A stretch of 64,000 nt of DNA from Gekko japonicus. Its lineage: Eukaryota. The stretch's first letter is position 1; each line of letters begins with the position of its first letter. Both the position numbers and the translations under genes were made by a program. Positions 11,975 through 22,477 of this stretch are shown here, one piece after another. The stretch is taken from contig NW_015169173.1 of NCBI RefSeq assembly GCF_001447785.1, positions 613,696 to 677,695 of the forward strand. Direction: 5' to 3'. The notes beneath the pieces were generated by a model that searched no databases, was not told where the DNA came from, and worked only from the letters and a program-made list of their open reading frames with translations.

Positions 11975-12670
11975 GCCCCTGGGGGTTACTGAAGTGTTCT
12001 GGGACTGGAATGAGAGGCCCCACAGTGGAATGTTAGCCCCTGGGGTTAGCAGGAGTATTCTGGGACTGGAATAACCGGCTCCAGAGTAGAATGACAGCCC
12101 AGGGGGTAGGAGATGTGTCCTGGGACTGTAATGATAGGCCTGGCATTCCAGTTCCACGACACAACTCTTACTCCAAGGGGGTGTCATTCCACCATTGGGC
12201 CTGTCATTCCACTCCCAGAACACAACTGCTACCCCAAAGGGCTGTCATTCCACTCTGAGGCCTGTTATTCCAGTCGCAGAACACATCTTCTACCCCCATG
12301 GACTATCATTCCACTCCGTGATCTCTCATTCTAGCCAAAGATCACTCCTGCTGTCATTCCACTCCAGGGTCTCTCATTCCAGTTCCAGAACACTCCTGCT
12401 AACCCCCAGGGGCTGTCATTCCACTCTGGAGCCTGTCATTCTAGTTCCAGAACACTCCTGCTACCCCCGGGGGCTGTCATTCCACTTTGTGGTCTCTCAT
12501 TCCAGTCCCTGAACACTCCTGCTATCCCCAGGGGCTGTCATTCCACTCCGTGGTCTCTTATTCCAGTTCCAGAATACTCCTGCTACCCCCAGGGGCTGTC
12601 ATTTCATTCCGGAGCCTGTCATTCCACTCCCAGAACACTTCTGTTACTCCTAGGGTCTGTCATTCTTACC
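11975..12670. repeat. 61-bp minisatellite with an orientation switch near 12139
   Basis: GCTGTCATT recurs at 12412, 12473, 12534 and 12595 (61-bp period); ~3 reverse-complement units at 11975-12138. Confidence 0.85.
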
Positions 12671-12924
12671 CCTGTGAACGTAAAAATGAGAAACGCCATG
12701 ACTACAAAGCAGGAATATCAACTTTTTGAGCCAAATGCAAGCTCTAACTCAAAAAAGCTGCTGACTGTGCATTGCCCAGTCATATTCAGTGATTATAAAT
12801 TTAATAAACAGATAAATTTCAAATAATTTTTTTTGAGGACTGGTACATAGTGATGAGTAAAAGCAGCCATGCCGGAATCAAACCAACAATGTTGAGGGCT
12901 GGTACATAGCTATGTACATAGCTA

Positions 12925-13230
12925 ATCCTAAAAGAAATCAACCCTGACTGTTCCCTGGAAGGCCAGATAATGAAACTGAAGCTCAAATACTTTGGCCACC
13001 AAATGAGAAGGGAGCACTCCCTGGAGAAGACCCTGATGCTGGGAAAGATTGAAGGTCAAAGAAGACGGGGACGGCAAAGGATGAGATGGTTAGACAGTGT
13101 CATTGATGCAACGAACATGAAATTGAGCAAACTTCAGAGGACGGCGGAAGACAGGAGGGCCTGGCGGGAGATGATCCATGGGGCCACGAAGAGTCGGACT
13201 CGACTGTGCGACTGAACGACAACAACAACA
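12925..13230 (+). mobile_element. Bov-B (RTE) LINE, 5'-truncated
   Basis: LKLKYFGHQMRREHSLEKTLMLGKIEGQRRRGRQRMRWLD; (CAA)n tail; ACATAGCTATG target duplication. Confidence 0.92.
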
Positions 13231-13794
13231 TAGCTATGAGGAAAGAGAGCCAAGCGGGAATAAAATTAGAAATGCCATTTCTGGATTTAAACGTTTTGAG
13301 ATAAATGCAAGCTCTTACTGCACCAGTAGTGAACTTAAAAATGTTCAGTCGGTCTGTAAAAGGGGTCAAGAAATAAAAGCTTCAAAACAAGACTAAAATT
13401 TTAAAAATTATTTTGGGGGCCAACTAGTAAAAAGAGAAAAGAGTACTGTTGGAATCGAACCACGAGTTACCACCTAGTTTATTGTGTGCCACCAGTTGGA
13501 ATTATTTAAGATTGAGCAGAGGAACGGCTTGTGCTTGGAGTGCAAGTTTAGAGAAATAGTCGGGGAAGCAGACATGATGAACACAGATCAAGAGAGTCTT
13601 ATTGGCTAATGAAGAAAGGGTGGTGTCATAGAAAATGGACATGGTAACACACAGTGTAAAAGGGATAGAGACGGAGACTGAAATTCTCATGTTGGATTCT
13701 GATCAGAAAAAGGGCACATCTCCTCACTGCAGCCAAACTGTTATAGGGAAGGCATGCATTTAGATTGTACAAAGCCCTACAGTTGTCTGCTCTT

Positions 13795-14310
13795 TCCAGT
13801 ATGTGAGACCTGTGCTGCTGAGAATTATTGTGAGTGGTAGTAGGGCAACCACAAAGAGCAGGGGTGATAGTGAGTCTCTTTGGAAACTTCCTCATTTGGT
13901 ATTGACTGTTCCAGTTTCTTCTCCATTCACTACCAGCCCAGTGCTCCATTTACTCATGGCAGTTTTGATAAACGTCATCATGGTTCTGCTGATGCCCATC
14001 ATCTCTCATGTTTTCAGGATCCATGTGTGAGGGAGTACATCAAATGCCTTCTTGTAATCAATCCAAGCAACATGCAGGTTGGTTTCTGCCTTTTGCAAGT
14101 CTGTAAGACAATTTTATCAGTCAGTAACTGATCTTTAGTGCCTCGAGATGTTCAGAAAATCCCTTTATGTTCATGTGGTAAAATTGAATTGAGCTATATA
14201 TTTTCTTGAATGGAATTGGCTACGATTCCTGTCAGCAGTTTAAAAGTTGTTGGGAGGCAGGTCACTGGGCGGAAGTTGCTTGACACTGCTCCTTTCTCTT
14301 TGTTCTTCAA
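13795..14310 (-). mobile_element. R4/Dong-clade LINE RT fragment (inverted 5' part)
   Basis: Minus strand: NFRPVTCLPTTFKLLTG...SRGTKDQLLTDK...VAWIDYKKAFD...FQRDSLSPLLFVVALLPLTIILSSTGL, with stops and frameshifts. Confidence 0.8.
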
Positions 14311-14471
14311 AATGACATCATCATCACCATCATCACTATCATTGCTGCTCTTTGTCATTACCCTAACACCATTCATAGGCTGTGGTCACACACACTTTCA
14401 ATCCACTTCCAGTGCATTTTCCAACTGGATTTTACTGTATGAACTGGCAAAATCCATTTGGAAAGTGGATT

Positions 14472-15081
14472 ATTTATTCTCAACAGCACAGGCCTAGGAT
14501 ACCAGCTTTCAAAGACAGGCCCCAAAGATTTCACACTTATTGTATATGGATGACTTGGTAATGTATGGAAAGTCATCATCAGAGACTGATTCTTCACCAA
14601 GTACAGTTCAGATATTCAGCAAAGATATAGCAATGGAATTTGGCCTCGACAAGTGTGCAGCATTAACACTGAATAGAGGAAAGGTCATTGAACAAGAAGA
14701 AATTAACAGCAACATCAAAACACTGAGCTCTGAAGAAAACTACAAATAGCTTGGAATTTTGAAAGCTGACAACATCAAACATAGTCTTGTTAAAAAAAAT
14801 AAAACCAGGTATTACCAATGAGTTAAAAAGATATTGCAAACAAAATTAAATTGGGGCAACATGATAAAGGCAATTAACACGTGGGTAGTCCCAATTCTAA
14901 GATACACAGCAGGCATTATCAACTGGAAACAAGTAGAATTAGAAGCAATAGATCACAAAACTCACGAGATAATGACAATGTATCACTCACTGCACCCTAG
15001 AACTGATGATCATCTTTACTTACCAAGAAAATTAGGTGGAAGGGGTCTTTTGAAACTTAGCAAGCAATTGAAGAAAAATTA
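14472..15081 (+). mobile_element. R4/Dong-clade LINE RT fragment (3' part)
   Basis: ILNSTGLGY...ISHLLYMDDLVMYGK...MEFGLDKCA...KAINTWVVPILRYTAGIINW...LYLPRKLGGRGL. Confidence 0.85.
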
Positions 15082-15492
15082 GTTGTTGTTTGTTGTTGTT
15101 CAGTCGCACAGTCGAGTCCAACTCTTCGCGACCCCATGGATAAGATCACGCCAGCCCCTCCTGTTTTCTGCCGTCCTCTGAAGTTTGCTCAATTTCATGT
15201 TCGTTGCATCTATGACCCTGTCTAACCATCTCATCCTTTGCCGTCCCCGTCTTCTTTGACCTTCAATCTTTCCCAGCATCAGGGTCTTCTCCAGGGAGTG
15301 CTCCCTTCTCATTTGGTGGCCAAAGTATTTGAGCTTCAGTTTCATTATCTGGCCTTCCAGGGAACAGTCAGGGTTGATTTCTTTTAGGATTGACTGATTT
15401 GATCTTCTTGCAGTCCAAGGGACTCTCAAGAGTCTTCTCCAGCACCGTAGTTCAAAAGAATCTATTCTTCGGCGTTCGGCCTTCCTTATAGT
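15082..15492 (-). mobile_element. Bov-B (RTE) LINE, 5'-truncated
   Basis: TIRKAERRRIDSFELRCWRRLLRVPWTARRSNQSILKEINP...; (CAA)n tail on minus strand. Confidence 0.92.
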
Positions 15493-15538
15493 CTGCAACT
15501 CCCACGAACTTGGCTAGGTCAGGGCCCTGCAAGACCTA

Positions 15539-15916
15539 GGCCCCGTTCACACTCCAAATTTGCTGCGGGAGAGCCACGAATGCTGGGCAGATTTTCAGGG
15601 TGCGATCACACCACAACATCTGGCAAGTGTAGCGCACCCGTGGCCAACCCGTGGCATGCCGCCAAAGTTGCACAGTTAAAAAGTATCTGAACAAATGTAT
15701 TAGCAAATGGTTTGCCATGGGCTGCCGATGGAATCGTTCTGTGTGATCGCACCAGCGTGCGGCTTTCCCCCGGCTGTCCTCGTTGATGCGGACGCACTGA
15801 CGGACGAAACCACGGTGTGCCGCTGTTGTGTCTGATTGCGTTCTGGCGGGTCTAATTGCACTGGCGCAAAGAGCCACGCCTCCCCCCCATGTTATCTTGC
15901 CCGTGTGACCGGGGCC
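15539..15916. mobile_element. PIF/Harbinger-type MITE
   Basis: TIR GGCCCCGTTCACAC / GTGTGACCGGGGCC; 3-bp TSD CTA. Confidence 0.8.
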
Positions 15917-18516
15917 CTAGTACAGTTTCGTGTGGCTTGCAAAATGGAGCTGGACATCCCTCAGTTGGCCTCCCTGCTGCTGTTGCTACAGTCTTGTCAC
16001 TGACAGGCTGCCACTGATGACTTTTATAGCTCAGCTGTGGCCCAGTTGTTCCCAGCTTTGATGCTGAATGTGTATTGTGTATTGCTGCTATGCCCATCTT
16101 TTAAACTGTTTTATTGCTTAATATTTATTGTTTTTATTGCTTCATATTTATTTAATTGTCCATTGATGTAATTTATTGCTGTGACCCGCCCTGAGCCCAT
16201 GCACAGGAAGGGCGGGATATAAATCTAAATAAATAAATAGATCTCAAATTGCAGAACACCATTTACCAGTTAAATATCTGACTGTAACAGATCATCACCA
16301 TCATCAGTATTAGTATTATTTGAGGTGCATTTATTGTTTCCAAACTGCCAAGTAATCAGGAATAACCACCCAGGAATAATTAGCAGGGCAATGTTATGGA
16401 GAGATGAGAACAAAGGAGAGAAGCAGGGACCAAGGGCCAGGACAGCAAAGGGAGAACAACTTCCAGACCCCCTGTTGTGAAACAGTAGATACTTTCCTCT
16501 GACGTGCACCCCAGGCACATGGAAGTGAGGAGCAGGTCTCACCAGCCCTCTCTACATGACCCCTCCACATCCATGCTCCACCCCTGTAATATATAGTTTT
16601 GACAATATGACCTGTATTTCTTATATATTTTTGTCTTGTAAAGTACTTATATTAGCATTTTTAATAATGGACAAAATATTTCTTTAGAGTAGTCATGTAT
16701 ATTTTTCTATGGACTGGTCTTCATTGTTATATTTAAATTAGATATACACATGACCTATATTACATAGTGCCTCCCTGAATTGTAATAACAAATATAATTG
16801 ATATAAAATTGATATTGTATAAGAAATTCATTTGTAACAGGAGGTTTAAGGCAATTTTAACTGGTCCCTATCGTAACATTTAATTAAGAAATACATCGGA
16901 TTTACACTACATAATGCCTCCCTTATATACTGTTGCAGTAGGATACAGAAAGGATCAGCTATGAAACATTCAAAAATAGATGGGTGATAATTAAAATAAA
17001 TAAATGTTCTCAATTATGGACAAGGTACCTTTAAAATTTTCACACCTGGAAGTAATTAGTACCTGAGCATTCTATATGTAATGAATATGTACCGAACCCC
17101 AAGTTGAGATGCACTGGAGCTGTTGTAAATAATATGGTTTTCCCAACTTTAAATTGTAAAGCTCTGCGTCCAAAGGTAAGTTTACTTTCTGCATGCTTCG
17201 ATCTTCTCACATATTTTTACACATTAGGCTTAATATTGTATTCTTTCTACAGAAAACACCATTGTGTTTAGACTTCTACTTGGAATTTTATTGTAAACCC
17301 TCTGTGGGGTCAGGTAAGCATTCTAAGTCTTTTGGCATTGGTCCTATGTAAATTACGTGATAAGCCTATGCCCTGTATCGTTAGACTGTACTTGAGGCAT
17401 TCTCCCGCCGGGAATCTGATATGCAGAATTTTATAAGAGCTTGTGTGGTAATCAATGTAATAAGCCAAACATTATGTGCTGTTAAGATGTGTTGGGCTAA
17501 TAGAATGTCCTTGCTTCCAATGGGAGTCTGACATGCAGTGCCTGTGCATAGACTAAGTAGTAGCAAATGTAATTGATATTGTAACTGACTTTGTATAGAT
17601 GCTGACTTGACTTGACGGGGCTTAAGACATTTTGTAACAAGTTTGTTTTAATTATAGACTATAATGTTTTGATCTGAAGAAGACTATGCAGAAAAGAGGA
17701 GAATAATTAAATCCCGAAACCTCTTCATCAACTACTGGATTGATCTACTACCAAGTTGCTTGAACAAACTTCTATGAGACCTGTTTGAATAAATTTCCAA
17801 TTTCTACTTCATATTCATATCCTTAAGTCTGATCTTCTATTGGTGGATCCTTTTGCATGGAGTTACATATTTTATCATGTATTTAGACTGAAGAGCTTTG
17901 CTCTCGTATTACATTGGGTCGTCCCACGGACATTTTCTTCTTTCCTCTTTATAATTCTTGGTCCCTGTGGGATCCTCTTTATATAGTTTTGTATGATTTT
18001 GTGGCATATTTTATTTGGGAAACAAAACACTAAAAGATAAAAATCCAGATCTGAATTTAGCCTAAGGATAGGGATAGCTCTAGTTCCCACAATCTTCAGG
18101 AAGAAGTTACATTTGCCAGGAAAAAAGGGGCAATCAATACTGGAGGTGTAACAAGACCTCGAGGGGGAATTCCAGGCATACTGGTGGTTTCCACATGGGA
18201 ATAGGCTTGTGTTGTTACCCCTACCAGCTTTGATTTAAACAACTGAATAGCTGATTTTAGTTTCTGGGGGAAATTAGTCAAATGATAGGCCTCAGCAAGA
18301 GGTGGAGTAATAAGTGCGGATTTGCTATCAGTGTTTACAGAGATAGTCCCTCAGACTTGAGGGGCTTCTCTCAGGTAAAGACAAAAGATTTCCTGGACCA
18401 ATAAGGGGTCCCAGGGGGTGTGACACCAGGAGGAGCAAAACCTAGGTGTGACCAATAAGGTCCCAAAAGGGCAGAGTCTGGTGCAGGCCTCAGAAATGGG
18501 AGGGAGGTAAGTTAGC

Positions 18517-19626
18517 CAGGGGTGTAGCCAGAAAACTTTGGGTGGTGGGGCGTTGGGAAATCCTGTGGGGCAGGGGAGCTGGGGAAAAGAGAGAGAGACA
18601 GGGGCAACTGGTGAGCCTGCCGGCAGCAGAGCAAAAGGACTCGGATTGGTGGTGGTGGCCTCACTGCGCCTGCACCAGCCCAGCCATGTGACCTGCCATC
18701 ATGTGACCCGGGCTGGCTCAGTGAGGCCACCACCACCAAGCTGAGTCCTCTTTCTCTGCTGCCGGCAGGCTCGCCACTCGCGGCTTGAGCGGCATTTAAA
18801 AGGCAGGAGCCGAGTCCTCTCCTGTGTTTAAAAGGGGGAGCCAAGTCCTCTTCCTCAGCTACTGGCTTCTTCATCTTCAGGAGTTGGGGGAGGTAGGGTT
18901 GCCAAGTCCATCTTCCACCCCTAGTGGGGGACTTTGGGGGCGTTCCTGGAGGGGGTGGGGCATCCCCGACGTGATAACGTCATGTTGGGGACGTCTGCCG
19001 CCCCCCACCTGCCCGTGCGCTGGATCTCCAGAGACAGCCATTCCCTGCACTTAAAGGAGCCGGTGTTTCCCTTTTAAATGCAGGAGCCGGCGTTTCCCCT
19101 TTAAGAGCAGCCGCGTTTCCCTTTTAAGAACACGAAGCTGGCGTTTCCGTCCAAGCTTGCGGAGATCCGGCTTGGGAGGAAACACGGGTTCCACACACTT
19201 AAAGGGAGAGAGATGGGTGGCTGTGGGTGTTGGGGGTGGGGCTTTCCCCGCCGGTCATCTGGCCGGCGGCAGATAGACCCCCCCAAAACGGGGGACCCCT
19301 GGCAAACCGGGGGGGTTGGCAACCCTGGGGGGGAACCTCTGTCTCTCGTTTGCATTTTGCAATTTTATTTTATGTTTTTGCAATCTTATTTTATTTTATT
19401 TTATTGCAATCTTATTTTATTTTATTTTGCATTTTTAAAAACTTATTTATTTTATGGTCCAGAAAAAATAAAATGAGACTGAAGCTTCCCTGACTGTGCC
19501 CAAGGTCATTTTGGAAACCCCATGCACATCTTACATTTTAAAAATAGTTTTTTGAAATTTTCCAGTGGGTAATGCTCATCCTTGGGGAGGGCATTGCTCA
19601 ACAATGCCCCCATGGCTACAGGCCTG
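18517..19626. mobile_element. Non-autonomous hAT element with a nested TAGGGTTGCCA MITE (18894-19327)
   Basis: CAGGGGTGTAGCCA ... TGGCTACAGGCCTG; 8-bp TSD AAGTTAGC/AAATTAGC; paralog at ~29313 lacks the nested MITE. Confidence 0.65.
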
Positions 19627-20669
19627 AAATTAGCCATCCTTCCTCTCCCTTCACAGGGCTAGCTGTCCCTTTCATGCAGAGAAATGGCTTCACCTACTGC
19701 TTTGACCTGACTACCTGTTCATCATTTATATGAACAAACCACCCTTCCCCTCCACCCCTGCATCAATCCCAGCAGCCCTTCACACCTTCACCATTCACAA
19801 GTTGCCAATCTGGGGCTGGCTTGTCGATCACACCTCCTTTCTTTCCCCCTCTTCCTTTTACTCCTCATCCCCTTCTACTGGGCCATGGACCTGCCCCTGA
19901 CCAGTTTTTGCCCACTCTGTCTCTATCCTCCATCTTGGAGGTGGGGGAAGTGGCTGGCTCATCCTCAGGGCTGGCTTGGAGTATGGTTTCCTCCCCCAGT
20001 GGTGGCAGACTCTGCTGGGGTTTTTGCTTCACTGCTGGCAGGCTCTCCACTTGCCTGCTGCTGCTGCCACTATCAGCTGGGGGATGCCAGCATTGCCACC
20101 AACCCCACACTTGATGTTGGGCAGCTCAGCCTCCTCTCCCCTCACTGGACATGTTCCCAGGTTCCCTGTTGACCCCAGGTAAGAATCTGGCCATCTCCCA
20201 GTTGCCTCGGGGTCTCCCATGAGATCAAGAAGCCACACAACACTTGGCATGTGGGAAGGAGGCCACTGGCTCTGGACAAATTGAATATGATTATATCAAT
20301 ACACCATTTAAACAACCTGTGCATCAGGTTCTCTGAATCGCCAGCTTTCATTTGCAAACTAAGTCGCTATCCCCTTTTGTTGAAGAAATATGCCTTTTCC
20401 CTTCTATCTCTACAACTAAAGAGCTAGAGATTTACTTTTTTTTAAATGAAGGATGAGAATGCAGAGATCCTGTTACCCAAGTTTGTTATAATGCTATATC
20501 AATAATGTTCATTTGTTCACACTAAGTTAAATGTATCTATATGAATGTCATATAAGATGTGCTTCTATTTTTGTAAGTAAAATTTCTTTCTCTTGTTACC
20601 ATTGGATTCATATCATCTTTGTAATTTGTTTGAACAGCATTTCCCCCTTAACCAGGAATTATGGAGGAT

Positions 20670-22400
20670 TGGGGATACTACATATCTTGTGGCACCCAGC
20701 TGGGCATTTGTTAGGAAACTGCATGGGTTCATGAAGGGCTTGCACCTACTGCACCAAAGGACTAGGGTCACCAGGGGTATGATGACCTCTTTGTATGGAA
20801 AGAATTTTTTGATTCATACAATGGGGTTAGTAGTTCCTGTCCTTTCGGGAGGAAGCAGGTCTGAGACAGGTCTGGCCATACCAATGTCTGGCATCTGGAT
20901 ATGAGGAGAAGAAGGGCAACTTCTGTATAAGGAAGACACTTGAAAGCTCGTCGGGAGAGTTTTTTCTGAAATGGCATTATGCCCCGTGAAGGCCTTATGC
21001 CAGTATTTAGCTATGCGGGCTGAGGGTGAAGGGTACAAGATGCTATGAGGGATACATGCAGGATTGCAAAGTTTGATGTTGTTTGTTATTAAGTTCTTTT
21101 TTCAGGTGCTGCACCCTGGTGTTGAAAGCAGAGGCGGATCTTGCGATGATAAGAGCAAGGAGGCCTGGAGTGCAGATGGTCTGGTCGGCTATTCTGCCTC
21201 ACCATGAAGGGCATGGCCCTGGTGTTACAAGCAGAGGCTGACCTGGTGATGATATGAGCAAGGTGGCCCTGAGTACAGATAGTCGGGTTGGCTATTCTGC
21301 CCCACCAGATGTGGTATAACTTGGGAGACCCCTGCGCCATTGACCGTGTCAGGCATAAGGCTAACAGGCAAATGAGAAAGGCTATGGGGGGGTAGTTTAG
21401 GGCAATTTTTGCTGCACCCCGACATACGGGTTGAGTTCCAGGACCTGTATAGAGTGGATGGGGTACACCTGTCAGACAAGGGCATTGGGTTATTCTTAGA
21501 GGACTTGCGGCAAGGGATTAGCTATGCCTTGTGCTGTTAGTGGGAGCAAAGGCCAAAGCAGAGGCTTGTTCTTGGCTGTGGCAGGTTGGTGCGGGCAAGA
21601 AACCGGAACCGGTGAGCACCTTACACAGGGCTATTTTGGGGCAGGAACGCACAGGATCAGAGTTCTGGCTGGCTTCAGAGTTGGCCACACCCACTACAGC
21701 CAAAACCTCTGCATGTGTGGTTACAGAGGGAAGGCCTGGAGAGCAACTCCGAGGCAGGTTGGCCATGGAGGGGGGGCGGCTCTGGAAGAACTGGGAAGGC
21801 ATTTAAATGCCTCCCCATGCCTTCCCCAGCCTGTCCAAGGGCTGGCTTGCTCAGGCTTGCCAAGGGAAGGCATGGGTGTGTGGCTTAATATGCTAATGAG
21901 CTGGGCTGTCAGGGTGTGACCTAATATGCTAATGCGTTTCTGCTGCTGGGTGTGGCCTATTATGCTAATTAGTTCCTGCTGGGCTTTTTCTACAAAAAAA
22001 GCCCTGACCTTACGGCATTTCCCCCCTTTGGGAACAGGGGGTCATCAGGAACTGCCTTCGGATTTCTAAGGTCCAAGGTGGTGAACGGTGATCACCTCTG
22101 GGAACCTCTTAGGGTACACTCCTCTCTGCAAGTTGGAAGGCTCCAGGGGTAGGTGCTCCTAGGTGGCAACCAGTTTTGCTGAGCTGCCAATTGCGAGCCA
22201 GAGCACTGGCTCAAGTCCGGTGCTGAGTGACCCACCTGAGAAGAGGGCAAGGAGGTTGGTCAGGGGAGTGACACCTGCCTTGCCTGTTCCGTGCTCACTT
22301 AGCTGGTCCCTTGCTGCAATGTTATGTTAAATAGTTAATAAAGTGGCCCTTGTTTACTTCCAAACTGTTGTCTGTCTCGTTATTCTGACTGGGGGGGGCA
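20670..22400 (+). mobile_element. Degenerate Ngaro/DIRS-group tyrosine-recombinase retrotransposon
   Basis: YR-like LCPVKALCQYLAMR (~20975-21020); SGNH-hydrolase-like ...HPDIRVEFQDLYRVDGVHLSDKGIGLFLEDL (~21415-21510); AATAAA-containing terminus; absent from the paralogous segment. Confidence 0.6.
21626..22006. mobile_element. hAT MITE nested in the Ngaro-like element
   Basis: CAGGGCT...AGCCCTG ends; TSD ACCTTACA/ACCTTACG; ATGCTAATGAG subterminal repeats. Confidence 0.7.
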
Positions 22401-22477
22401 AATGACCACCACATGGACCGAGGCAGGGAAAATGCCTGCCTCGTGGGTGGCTGTTACCCATACAGAAGCCAACCCGG

